DNA of 64,000 nucleotides from Octopus vulgaris (Eukaryota): NCBI GenBank assembly GCA_951406725.2, contig OX597814.1, positions 143,778,001 to 143,842,000 of the forward strand, read 5' to 3'. Shown piece by piece: positions 40,415 to 52,829 of this stretch (position 1 is its first letter; each line of letters starts with the position of its first letter). The notes under the pieces were generated by a model. It saw only the letters and a program-made list of their open reading frames with translations, ran no database searches and was not told where the DNA came from. The position numbers and the translations under genes were made by a program.

Positions 40415-41330
40415 CCTTTTCACAGTGTAAACATTTACGAAGTCTCCTCCTAATACCTCTTGGTAGACAATATTTTTCGTTCTACCCCGGGGTGAGTAAA
40501 CGAAGAGACTTTCCTTGCTTCCCACCCGGGAACAACTGACGTATAGCTGACCGTGTGAGAAGCATGATTCAACTAAATGCAGCCCTGCCACCGTGACTTA
40601 CTGATTGACATTGCAAAACAGTCTAAGCGGGAACTGCAGACGGCGAAATGCAAAGGGAATATCTGCACCAGATGGAATGAGGGGGTTTCTGGGGATGAAA
40701 ACATCCTCTCCTTTGCCACAGCCAGACAAAATGGTAACTTCAAGAACGTACTCCATAGCCGTCTTAATAACCAAGCGTATCCCATTGCAAAGCTTTGGAG
40801 GGTCTAAATTCCTCAGCAGCATGACAGGAGCTCCAACTTTAACTTCCAGCGTATGAGGAGGCAGCCCAGATGGATCAAGGGAATTAAGAAACTCCACTGC
40901 CTGGTCGTCGTCGGATACAGAATCGACTGACCCGTACACGTGCAGCCTTCAGGGAAGCGAATGCAGCAGCTTAGCGTTCAGAGCGGTCACTGTGCTGTTT
41001 TTTGGAGCCAAAATGGCTCTTTCGGAAATCCAATTCACGTTAAGGTAGTTCCTTTGTAGATTTGGAAAGACGTGTGCCTCTAGTTCATCGGAATTACTGA
41101 CAGTGGTGCAGAGGTGAGTTAGGTTCAGTTCCCCATTTTTATCGAGCGGAACAATACCGTTTCCGATTGACAATATGTCAGATGCAAAATCTGATGCCAT
41201 CTGGTTACCACGAAGCTGCACTCTCATGTTTGTTTTGAGAGACAATGTTGTAACATTTTACCACAGTGGGGAGGACTCTAGGCAGGCCTTGGCTACATCT
41301 GCTCTGGTTCCATTGGGTATTACAGGAAGC
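40415..41330 (-). pseudogene. Helitron Pif1-family helicase C-terminal fragment, frameshifted
   Basis: [40 protein letters not shown]...[39 protein letters not shown]. Confidence 0.92.
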
Positions 41331-42029
41331 TTTTGCCTTCTCTTAGCCAGTTTTATTCCTTAAACTTTTAACTTTTAAATTCCATATTTTAAATTTAATT
41401 TTTAACTTTTAAATTTTAATTCTTTAATTTGTATCCCTTATATATTTAATTATAGTTTTATTCTACATATACACCATTAAGCTAGGCATCTATTTTTAGT
41501 AATCCCTACTGACCACTGACCACTCCTAACCTACTTAATCAATAGACATAAAAACCTCCCTTCTCCCCGCTTTACCAAACCTTTAATGCCTGACCTTTCA
41601 CCCCGAATTGACTCTTAATAATGATAATACTGGCACCTTATGGCTATCTTTATTCCGTTTATTCCTTATTTTTTATTGTTTTATTTATTTTCATTTTGAT
41701 TTTGAATTTACTTTATTGTCGATCTCATTCTTTCCCCGCACCCAATCCATTCTCGACTTCCCTCTTTTTTCTTTCTCTCCTTCTTTTTCTCTCTTTCTCC
41801 TCTCTCTCTCTCTCTCTTCTATGCACTTATTCACAACCCACTTCTGTCTATCATGATGACTATCTTTCTCACAGTATAAACCCACGCGGACCATTTGCAC
41901 ACTAGCAAACCATTCAACATGAACACACCATTCAAAATACTGCCAAAATTCTGCCTGAATTTACCTGGAATTAAGCATAAGGCCATATTCCTTCACGCAG
42001 CGTTAGATTAACCATCAAGCAAAATAAGT

Positions 42030-42422
42030 ACGTGCTTAGAGCATCAAGGGAAGAAGGGGGCATTACAGAAATGGTAAATGATTTACGGCACAAAAGAAAT
42101 CACATTAAACTTGCCAAAATAATATTCTGGATGCCTTTATCTCTACTAAGTATAGATGCAGATGTGTTACCTAAGATTAATTTTGAGGATCTGATCAAAG
42201 ACTTCGCAATTAAAAAAAGTAGGAGGAAACTTTTCAAATATGAATAACGTGGAAGTATACGAGAATAAACATTATTTTCCCTCTTACTTTTTGTTTCGTT
42301 TTGAAAAATATAAATTTATTTTATGGTTTGTTACTGTTTATATTTTCAATTACATAGTCTTTTATGGGGCATCAAATTTTTTTAAGTGCTTAGGGCCTTG
42401 ATGGTTCTTAATCTGGCCCTGC
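42030..42422 (+). mobile_element. hAT transposon 3' end
   Basis: LSLLSI..D....INFEDLIKDFA.KKSRR dimerisation-domain end; terminus ...TCTGGCCCTG. Confidence 0.7.
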
Positions 42423-42896
42423 TTTCACGGCGTGCAGACCAATCTCCATACCCTCTGGAAAAAGATGAACTGTGACTTTTTATTATCCTGTCTTATATCT
42501 ACTTTTACTCTTTATTCTTCTATTTTATTCCTTATAAACTGTGAATTTCCTTGTCAAGAAATTTCATACACACTCACTTTGTCTCTGATAACGGAGTACC
42601 CAGTGTACAGACATGCTAGTCTACCACTTGGGATATCCCAGAAACAGCTGTAAGACTCCAAATTAACCTTATTTAATTATTAAATTAAATTACTGGAGTT
42701 AAATTATTATAAATGACTTGAGATACTCATCCTGCCTTGGATTTTGATGCCTTTTCCCCCTAATGTATGCCTGCTCACACGGAAGCCTAATATGGATCCC
42801 TAGCTCCAACTGTGAACTTGGAACATAATGGATGACCAACTATAACACTTACGCAGCGTACGTGTTCGTTTAGATCACCAGCGTACTAAAAACCTC

Positions 42897-42941
<45 letters not shown>

Positions 42942-43412
42942 TCGCAGACTTAAACTCTTACAAGCTTATTAACATAAAAACGGGATCCTTCAATGATATC
43001 ATATTCAGTTATGAAGTCTATTATGTTTGGTACTGGATAATTAAAACTTAAATCTTTTATTACCCATTTATTTTTCATGTTTATTACAAAATGCTTAGCG
43101 GTATTTCGTCCGTCTTTACGTTTGTGCTGAAATGAGGCAGGGGGTAACTTTGCCCGTCGTTCTTTGGGTTCGATGAAATAAATACCGGTTGAGCATTGGT
43201 GTCGATGTAATTGACTAGCCCTTTCTCTCCCCAAAATCCAGGCCCTGTGCCTATAGTAGAAAATACTATTTTCACATTTATTTTTAATAAACGAAATAAA
43301 TAATTATAGTAACACGTCGATAAAGTATTAACGTAATTATTTTTTATTTTAGAAATCCGATGATATTGTAAATAGTATGTGAAGAAAAAAATGACCATCT
43401 TCTTCGTTTCCT

Positions 43413-43541
43413 TTAGTATAGATAAATGAGTTCTTCCTGCGGAGATTCTGTAGTAGAATCACTCTCAGAAATACTCTCAGATTTACTCGCAGAACCACGA
43501 CTTTTGGGTGGCGGACAATCTCCTTTGTTGAGCAAGACTTC
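43413..43541 (-). CDS. Secreted cysteine-rich peptide precursor, last coding exon (EVLLNKGDCPPPKSRGSASKSESISESDSTTESPQEELIYLY*)
   Basis: ttctactttcag acceptor phase 0, supplies the 8th mature Cys, TAA at 43413-43415, AATAAA on minus at ~43345 and 43277-43282. Confidence 0.72.
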   Translation of the reverse strand, partial: EVLLNKGDCPPPKSRGSASKSESISESDSTTESPQEELIYLY

Positions 43542-43929
43542 CTGAAAGTAGAAATAAATTGCGTAGTACTGATATATTTTAAACTAAGTATTAATATGAT
43601 ATATTTTATTATTCAGAGAGAGAGAGAGAGAGAGCACTTTTTAAACAAGATATCTAAAGATCTTTGCAAATCAAAACTGAGACGGTTTTTGATTTCATTT
43701 AGTACCTTATTCAATTTTTCTTAGGACAATTAAGGTTTGAATTCTATAATTTCATAAATTAATGTTTTACCGTAATGAAAGGCAGTGGGTGACAGAGTTA
43801 TGCAATTAATACAATTAATAACTAACTCTTTCGTGTAATTATTTTCATGGTATAAGCATTCTGACATTATTTCTCTTTACTATAGATAGAATATCTTGAA
43901 CTAGTTTATCCAGAATCATTTTAGATATC

Positions 43930-44150
43930 ACATATTATACACAGGATTTGAAAACTCCTTAGTGTTTTCACTGTCATAAGAAAGCGTCGTCTAGCTCTTG
44001 CTGGACATTTAATGAGACACTGAAACTGATGTGAGAGTTCTGTTATGCCCCTACTCATAGGCGTGGTCGCCCGAACCTGATCCTCTAAGAAATCATTGAG
44101 GAAAATGTTGGACTACATGGCAGTGTCTTGATGAAGGCGATACATGGAGG
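43930..44150 (+). mobile_element. RTE-type LINE 3' fragment
   Basis: IRKRRLALAGHLMR...RRGRP....W motif. Confidence 0.5.
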
Positions 44151-44325
44151 AACTTCATAGTATCACCAATTAGATTTGGATTGATTTTAAAATCAAAAGC
44201 AAGATTTCTTTTAAATGTACAATACTGCAATATATATGAATATTTCATCACGTTGCGTTGTCTGTTATATTTCATGAAATTCATCTCAGCTTTCATTACG
44301 AAACTGTCGTGTAACGATAAACCTG

Positions 44326-44764
44326 GGATCGTTTCGGTTTGAACGGCAGTTTTTAACATAATTTCTAGGTAACTAAAAAATTTTAAACTTCGTATACTGG
44401 TAGAATGTGTTTATAAAACATCTTTTTCTCTTGGCTTTATTGAGAAAATTCTATAGTTTGTAAGATATTTGTTTTTTTTCTTCAGTTTCTGCAATTTCAA
44501 CCAATCAAATACGTCTATTGAGGTGAAAACATTCTGTGCCGTATGAATATGTCCCTCGTTTAAGAAACAGATTGGGTTTATTTACATTTCTGAAGTAAAA
44601 AGATACCCTTCCCCCACCCCTAAACCTGACCCTAACCCTAACCCTAACTAACCCTAACCCTAAAACAGATTGAAATGCAATAGATCGATACTAGGGTCAT
44701 AATTATGGGTGACAATTTCATATGACACCGCTAGGTAAAACTGCCGTTCAAACCGAAAACATCC
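44326..44764. mobile_element. MITE with 28-bp TIR and 8-bp TSD (Merlin-like), internal CCCTAA repeats
   Basis: GGATCGTTTCGGTTTGAACGGCAGTTTT / AAAACTGCCGTTCAAACCGAAAACATCC; TAAACCTG on both sides. Confidence 0.85.
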
Positions 44765-45371
44765 TAAACCTGTATGTATATCATGTCATCTTATCACAGA
44801 CGGAAAAAGCGACTTGCGTTATATCTTCTTGTTCTTCACGTTGTATTTTCAAATCCCACTTGAATCAACGTTACCTTTAAACCTTTCGGGGTCGATGAAA
44901 TAAACAGTCAGTCAAGAGATGTGGGTACTTTTTGGCTACTTCATCCCCATTGAAAAATTGCCATTAAAAAATTAGATTATCTTCCTACTAAAAAATCGAG
45001 TTAAAGTTGCGACAAGAGATTGGATTAAAAGAGTTAGATGCTTTTGGTTCAATACTTCAACACCTTGTTGATTTTTGGCCTCCTCAATAGCCATGGTATG
45101 ATTTGCTATAAAAATGTTATCAGATACAATAAGATGTTTTTTTTTTTTCAGTTTTCATGTTTATTAACTTTTCTTTTATTTTCTTTTTGTTTTATTGAGG
45201 GTTAAACAATTTTTTTAGCTGAGGGAGATGACCCAAAGTACCGATATTCCTCGTAAAACGGGAGATATAACCCAATTTTTTAATGGGGTGCGATAACCAA
45301 AAAGTATCGGCAACTATTACTGTTATAGTATTTTTTCTCCTTTTCTTTAAGAAAAAGGTAAATTTGAGTGA

Positions 45372-45416
<45 letters not shown>

Positions 45417-45563
45417 AAAAGCAATAAAGATTCAAGTTAATTTAAATGAATTTACTTGAATATGGTACCTAACTTAGATGCACCAAAAAAAACTATACTG
45501 ATTTAACAATACAGTAATGTGGGGTGATTATAAGCGAGAATGAAGCAACAAGAATGGATAGGT

Positions 45564-45654
45564 TTTTAGTACAATCGTTTCATACAAGGACAGGTTTTAT
45601 TAAAAGTTGCAAAAATTACAGCATATAAACGTGTCCCGTACTCATCAGCTAAAA
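45564..45654 (-). ncRNA. Type I hammerhead ribozyme (left PLE arm)
   Basis: Exact mirror of 49306-49396. Confidence 0.72.
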
Positions 45655-47146
45655 TACATGTGAGTTCTCTAGACATCCTAGTGGTTGAGGCTATACTCAT
45701 GAAGTAATGTAGATAATTAAGTAACATAAACAGATTTCAAAAGTTCATTAAAGTTCTTTAAAGATGATGTACAGTCTTATCACAGAATTTTAAAAAAAGT
45801 CTTAATAGCATCACAGAGAAGGTGACCTAATCCATAGTGCACATATGAATTTCCAGAGATATGATGAGGGATTACATACTCACAGAAGACAAATTTATCC
45901 ATTGTTAATTACAACGAGGTGGGTTTCAATTCCTGCTTATTAGCATTACAGAGAGGGTGAATTAATCCTTTGTATAGATGCACAATTTCCAATGGTGTAG
46001 GTGTAAATTTCAAGGAATTTCATATTCACAGGCGATAAATTTATCAATGGTTGAACACAATGAGGTAGGTATCAATTCTTGCTATATGATTAGGTATTTG
46101 CCACATTAATCACATTACTGCTATATACAAGAGGCTGTAGCTATTTAACTTTTAAAGGCTGAAGGGCTTACTAGAGCTGTATAGAATAGAAAAGGGAAGG
46201 GCATAGAAGAAAAGAGAGAAAATAAAAGAGGAGGGAGCAAAAAGGGGGGGGGGACTCAAAGAGAAGAGAAAAGGAAAAAGAGAATAAGAAGAAGAAAAAG
46301 AAAAAAGAGAAAAGAGAAAGAAATAGGGAAGGAAGCGAAAAAAAGAAAAAGAAGAAAAAAAGAAAAAAGAAGAAAGAAGAAAGAAAAAGAAAAAAAGAGG
46401 GTTCTAGTTATACAGAAGAATTAGTAGACTACAAGTCTGGTTTTAATTTACAGGCATCTAGGAATTAGAGGAGAATATTATTCTTTGACCAGTTAAAACA
46501 GCTAATTTATTGCTGTTGGAATCAGCTATGAATTTAAAGAGAATCTAAAGAGATAACACAGTTAGGGGTTTCGGGGTCAGATGCTAAAATCACCAGAAAA
46601 TACATTAGCGAAAACTAGGTATAATCTTATCAAAAAGTCATTAAAATTTACTTATTTAATTTATTCATTTTATTGTCTTAAGGAGTTGCCGTTTTTATTC
46701 ATACATTGACGGACTACAGGTCAAATCTTAGAAGATCATTTAAAAGGTGTTAGGGGATTGTCTATCATAATGAAGATAATCATATTATCACCGAGGGAAT
46801 CGTCTCATTTATTTAATTTTGAAATAGAATTATGGGTCTATAGTAACTCATTTTAATTAATTAGAGTTATGCTAATTAAATTAGATTAAGTTAGGAACTA
46901 AAATTAAAAATTACCATTAAGATTTAAAATTAAGAGTTTAAAAATTTAAAAATTGTGAGTTTGAAATTAAATAAAGCCTCAATTAAGCAGCGAATAAGTG
47001 CTATTCATTTCCCTGTTCTCAAAAAACTGATGCAGATATAAGGAAAAAGATAACTGTAGTGTGAGAACTCTTAGTTATCTACTTAAAGCAGTGCTATACC
47101 ATTAGAAATCAGGTTATATCTATCTATCTAGTTACGAAAATTCTAA

Positions 47147-48024
47147 TCATTTAAAATATTTTAAAGTCTTCAATTTAGCGTGGACACAAACTTGACCTAG
47201 TTCGATATGGTTATTCAATAGGTTTCTATGTTTTCTATGCTTTAGAATTTCATATGTCTCCATGGAGCATAGTTGGCAACCAACCCTACTATTTTTATAC
47301 GGAATTGCTCTCCTAACTATTTCCCAATTAAGGTTATAATTTTTATTATTATTTTTGAGTTCCCAGATTTTGTTTGAAAGTGTGGTGGTACCAGCTTTAT
47401 GACGTAATTTAAAAGTCGAGATGTGATTTCTAACTCTAGCTAAAAAATTAATTGTACATCCAATGTAATAATATTTGTTATTCTCCGTGGATATGGTACA
47501 TTTATAGATTACATTATTTTCCCCACATAGACCAGGTGCCGGGCATTTTGATTTTATTCTACACTTACACACAGGAGTAACAACTTCAGGCTTTGGATTA
47601 TTCTTGGGTAGATGTTTTAGGTTCCTATTATTTTGATAATCATTTCTATAGTTGGTGCTGATATCTAAAGTATTGCTATTATTTCTTGATCCTTCTGTTT
47701 CATTATTTAGATCTAAAATCCTACCATGATTTCTTATATTATTGGTAATGTTAATAGTATTGCTAGTCTTTTTATCCGACTGCATATTGTTGTTATAGAT
47801 ATCACTAATATTTTCATTCTCCTTATTTTCTCTATTTTCCCTATTTCTATTATTTCTATTATTAACATTATTACTTCTACTAATATCGGCATTGCTATTA
47901 TTACTATTAATGTTAATGTTATTAGTCATTCTGTGGTTACTAATTTCACCTATGTTATGATAGTTACTATTGCTGTTTTTATTGTTGGTAGTATTATTAC
48001 AATTGCTATTGGTATTCATGCTGA

Positions 48025-48055
<31 letters not shown>

Positions 48056-48556
48056 TATATTTCTATCTTTCCTGGCCAGTTTAATGTTGTTATTATTAAT
48101 CTTAGCTATTAAAGTGGACATATTTGGGAGGGTTGAATAAGAAATCCTAACTGTTTTCCTAGAAATAATTCTATGATATCTATGAGAGATAGGGAATTTT
48201 TTTCCAGAATCACTTTGAATTTGTTCTGTATATCCGATTGTATCGCACAGTTGAAAGGAATATTCAGCCATAATATATCTTTTTTATTAAATTTAGGGTT
48301 CGTAGAATTATTACTATTCATCTCACCGGAGTTATTGTATTTATTACCATTATTTTTATTTTTATTTGTGTGCATCTTAGGTTTATCTACTTCAATATTA
48401 TCCGAGTTACCTATGTTCTGGTCAATGTTTCTATTTGAATTGTTGGGCCTGTACGCTAGATTAGCGTTTACCGTTAGTTTAATTCTACTTTTATTTCGGG
48501 CTTGGTCTTTATTGCTGCTTACGTGATTATTGATAACTTCATTATTAGGAATACGT
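47147..48556 (-). CDS. PLE ORF C-terminal part: linker, CxCx5Cx5C motif, GIY-YIG endonuclease (one frameshift at ~48200; RT missing)
   Basis: ILWLNIPFN...KKFP..TVRISYS..N; CKC..CP..GLC; VIYK...YIGCT..F.AR..NH; CQLC..E; LLN; CVH. Confidence 0.88.
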
Positions 48557-49305
48557 GAGTTCCCCTTTTCTTTTTCTTTCTTCTTTCTTCTTTTTTTCTT
48601 TTTTTCTTCTTTTTCTTTTTTTTTCCCTTCCTTCCCTATTTCTTTCTCTTTTCTCTTTTTCTTTTTCTTCTTCTTATTCTCTTTTTCCTTTTCTCTTCTC
48701 TTTGAGTCCCCCCCCTTTTTGCTCCCTCCTCTTTTATTTTCTCTCTTTTCTTCTATGCCCTTCCCTTTTCTATTCTATACAGCTCTAGTAAGCCCTTCAG
48801 CCTTTAAAAGTTAAATAGCTACAGCCTCTTGTATATAGCAGTAATGTGATTAATGTGGCAAATACCTAATCATATAGCAAGAATTGATACCTACCTCATT
48901 GTGTTCAACCATTGATAAATTTATCGCCTGTGAATATGAAATTCCTTGGAAATTTACACCTACACCATTGGAAATTGTGCATCTATACAAAGGATTAATT
49001 CACCCTCTCTGTAATGCTAATAAGCAGGAATTGAAACCCACCTCGTTGTAATTAACAATGGATAAATTTGTCTTCTGTGAGTATGTAATCCCTCATCATA
49101 TCTCTGGAAATTCATATGTGCACTATGGATTAGGTCACCTTCTCTGTGATGCTATTAAGACTTTTTTTAAAATTCTGTGATAAGACTGTACATCATCTTT
49201 AAAGAACTTTAATGAACTTTTGAAATCTGTTTATGTTACTTAATTATCTACATTACTTCATGAGTATAGCCTCAACCACTAGGATGTCTAGAGAACTCAC
49301 ATGTA

Positions 49306-49396
49306 TTTTAGCTGATGAGTACGGGACACGTTTATATGCTGTAATTTTTGCAACTTTTAATAAAACCTGTCCTTGTATGAAACGATTGTACTAAAA
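49306..49396 (+). ncRNA. Type I hammerhead ribozyme (right PLE arm)
   Basis: TTTTAG-CTGATGA-GTACGGGACA..TGTCCTTGTAT-GAAA-C[GATT]G-TA/CTAAAA: 6-bp stem I, long stem II, GUA site. Confidence 0.72.
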
Positions 49397-49427
49397 ACCT
49401 ATCCATTCTTGTTGCTTCATTCTCGCG

Positions 49428-49466
<39 letters not shown>

Positions 49467-49509
49467 GTATATAAGTATATAAGTTACGAAACTAAGCGGC
49501 ATGACTTAC

Positions 49510-49680
49510 CATCCTAGTTCTACAATAACAAGCGCATTTCTTGCTACAAGAGACACTCGTAGAAAGTTTACACAGTGCTACCATGCAGTTAGTGGAACAG
49601 CCACCAGAAAAGAATATTGCTTCTACTCCAACACACAGCGTCAATGATATCAACACCAATTTTAGAGTTAAAGAGAGCAT
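49510..49680 (-). CDS. Secreted cysteine-rich peptide precursor, coding exon 1 (MLSLTLKLVLISLTLCVGVEA-IFFSGGCSTNCMVALCKLSTSVSCSKKCACYCRTRM)
   Basis: T-rich tract + gcag|AA ATG (acceptor 2 nt before ATG, so a 5' UTR exon lies upstream), signal peptide with V-E-A cleavage site, ATG|GTAAGT donor phase 0. Confidence 0.8.
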
Positions 49681-51171
49681 TTCTGCAAAAAAAAAACAAA
49701 AAAAACGGAACACACTACAATTAATACAACTATACGATAATATTCCTGTATACACAAATATAAGTATAAACATTCTGTTATATATTAATTATAAATAAAC
49801 AAGGTAGAATGTTTTTCACTGCTTACTGTAGCTAGTTTAATGTTTTTGACATGCCAGTGAGCCCTTCCCACCCCCACCACTTTCTCGCTTCTGTAATAGA
49901 TGATGGAAGAGACAGCGAAAGCGCTGTTTCCTAATTGGCTGAAAATTCTGAAAATTATCAAACTTTGAATATCTATAACAATTTCGCAAAGTTTTTTTCT
50001 GGAATAAATGATTAACAAATTCGGATTCAACGTCAAAATTTACAGCTATAAGATACATTAAAGAATGTTTTTTTAAAGATTTAGACATTCAGTGACGATA
50101 ACCACAAATATCCAACGCATATAATACATACATACATACAGATAGACAGACAGGCACGCGCGCTCGCACACCCACACCCACACACACACACGCAAAAACA
50201 CACACACAGACACACACATGGAGCACTATGTTTTGTTAGTAAATGCTTAAAGGAAAAAAATCTGGATAAAATGGGATTTTCAGAAAGAGAAATTGTCCGG
50301 TTAATTCGTACATTACAAGTGCAAACTGTGAGTGGAGCAGTAAAAATATGCAAGACTTTTCTCAAGTTCCAAATGTGAATTTGTCTGTGTTATATATATA
50401 TCGCAAAGATGGAGATTTGTATCTTTGTTGGAAACCGGTTCCCTCCTCAGTGGAAGATATATAATAATTAAAAAAATAGAAGGGACACATACATAGTACT
50501 AAGACCACTTTCTAAACTCAATAAGTCCTTAAAAACTTTCCAAGAGGTTAAGCAGTTCCTGTGCACGAATTGGTTTTGAGTGAGTGAAGTGTCGCACAAT
50601 ACTGAACCCACTTTCAGCACAATCAGCTATAAAACTAGTGGCACAACAGAGGTTGAGATGACCGAAAACAATCTGCAATCCAGACTTTGTTCTTTTCTTG
50701 ATACAAGTTTACCTTCAACTAGAAGGAAATTCTTTCGACTCTAGAGGCCCTATACTCCCGATGGTTCACATAGTCTTTAACTCATAACTGGGAGCCGAGC
50801 AGGTGCTACTCCTCCGGATCAGGATACACGGGGGGAACAATAATTTTTAAGCTAACAACCCCTCAGCTTTCACGACACAGTTTGATGCATTCAGTAGCAA
50901 CATATCACGAAGGCCGAAATGTTCTTCGTATTCCTAACGATATAAATACGAAAATGCAAATGTTTAAAATTAAATCCGTCTATGCAATAGTGAGAATTTA
51001 CAAACAAACAAAAGACGAAGGCGGGTGTGTAAACAGCAAGCAGATGTATTAGTTTAACGCTCGGGAAGTGAGAAAATCTTTTACGTTTCCAGCCCACGCT
51101 CTTCGACAGAAAAGAACACAGAAATAAACAGGGAGTGAAAATAAAATATATATAACATAAAATATAAAATA

Positions 51172-51205
<34 letters not shown>

Positions 51206-51447
51206 ATACGATCGGTAATTTAAATATCAATCTTATCAAGTGGCCAGCTTGCGAATAAAAAACTTCAAAGGTAATAATTATTGTTAAAATAATACCGCCA
51301 CGCTGGAAATAGCAGCCAAACCTGACTCTAAAACCAAATTAAATGTTCATACAGCACCAGGAGAGAAGACAAAAAGACAAAATTAACTAGCAAAAAATTA
51401 CTGGATAATTTCAGATCCCAGATTCCAGACTTTGCATAAGAAATATA

Positions 51448-51865
51448 TAGGCGCAGGAGTGGATGTGTGGTAAGTAGCTTGTTTACCAACAACATGGTTC
51501 CGGGTTCAGTCCCACTGCGTGGCACCTTGGGCAAGTGTCTTCTGCTATAGCCTCGGGCCGACCAATGCCTTGTGAGTGGATTTGGTAGACGGAAACTGTA
51601 AGAAGCCTGTCGTATATATGTATATATATATATATATATATGCGTGTATATGTTTGTGTGTCTGTGTTTGTCCCATAGCATTGCTTGACAACCGATGATG
51701 GTGTGTTTATGTCCCCGTTACTTAGCGGTTCGGCAAAAGAGACCGATAGAATAAGTACTGGGCTTACAAAAGAATAAGTCCCGGGGTCGAGTTGCTCGAT
51801 TAAAGGCGGTGCTCCAGCATGGCCGCAGTCAAATGACTGAAACAAGTAAAAGAGTAAAAGAGTAA
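51448..51865 (+). mobile_element. CORE-like SINE, full length
   Basis: Same family as 7312-7738 with (GTAAAAGA)n tail. Confidence 0.85.
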
Positions 51866-52029
51866 ATATATATATATATTTTAAAGAGTATAATAGATAT
51901 AGTGGTTCTTAAATATTATATAATATAATAGTAACTTACTAAATGTTGGTCAGCGAATCACTTTATCAGTTTACTTTAGTTCTGAAATGAAAGCTTAGCT
52001 AGACATACAGATATTTATATATACATTTA

Positions 52030-52061
<32 letters not shown>

Positions 52062-52105
52062 AACACACGCACACACAAACACAAACACAAACACAAACAC
52101 ACACA

Positions 52106-52248
<143 letters not shown>

Positions 52249-52779
52249 CGAATGAATTTGTCTCCATGTATAGCCTCTATAGGCAACATCTGTATAGCAC
52301 CTTACTTTTTGTGTCGATCAATGCGTTTCCCCACTATTGTTGCATTCCTTTCAGAGCTAAGTTCTCTATTTGTACACCGACAAACAACTTTATTGAAGCT
52401 CACAGAAAAGCTTAAGATATATTTTTTGATTTCTACCTCTTTTATGTTTGTAATTTCTGATGATTTCGGGAAAGTTACGTGATAAATTTCATTTGGTAAG
52501 AGTGGTGCAGGTGGTCGGATAGTATATATATATATATAAAATTAATAAATAAATACAACATATGCATATATACATACATATATGTACGTACCTACCTCTA
52601 CATGTATATATACATGCATATATGGGTACAGGACACCAAAAAAACGTCGAACACAATGAGAAACGAAAACATAAATACAAAACCAAGGAAATGGACATTT
52701 TTTTTTTAAAACAACGAAAAAATAGAGTACAGGACATACAAAACTAAGAAAATTCCCCTTCTTCAGTCGCCTTAATTTC

Positions 52780-52829
<50 letters not shown>

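Larger units (their letters stand above)
45415..49426 (-). mobile_element. 5'-truncated Penelope-like element with inverted ~860-bp pseudo-LTR
   Basis: 45534-46393 is near-perfect reverse complement of 48566-49426; GIY-YIG ORF between; (TA)n on both flanks. Confidence 0.9.

Noticed and set aside
40415-41330. Host PIF1 helicase gene
   Set aside because: Intronless, frameshifted, with Helitron-type motifs and termini nearby
49827-49900. 5' UTR exon of the peptide gene ending ACA|GTAAGC
   Set aside because: Plausible donor but several alternatives exist upstream; cannot be chosen without RNA data
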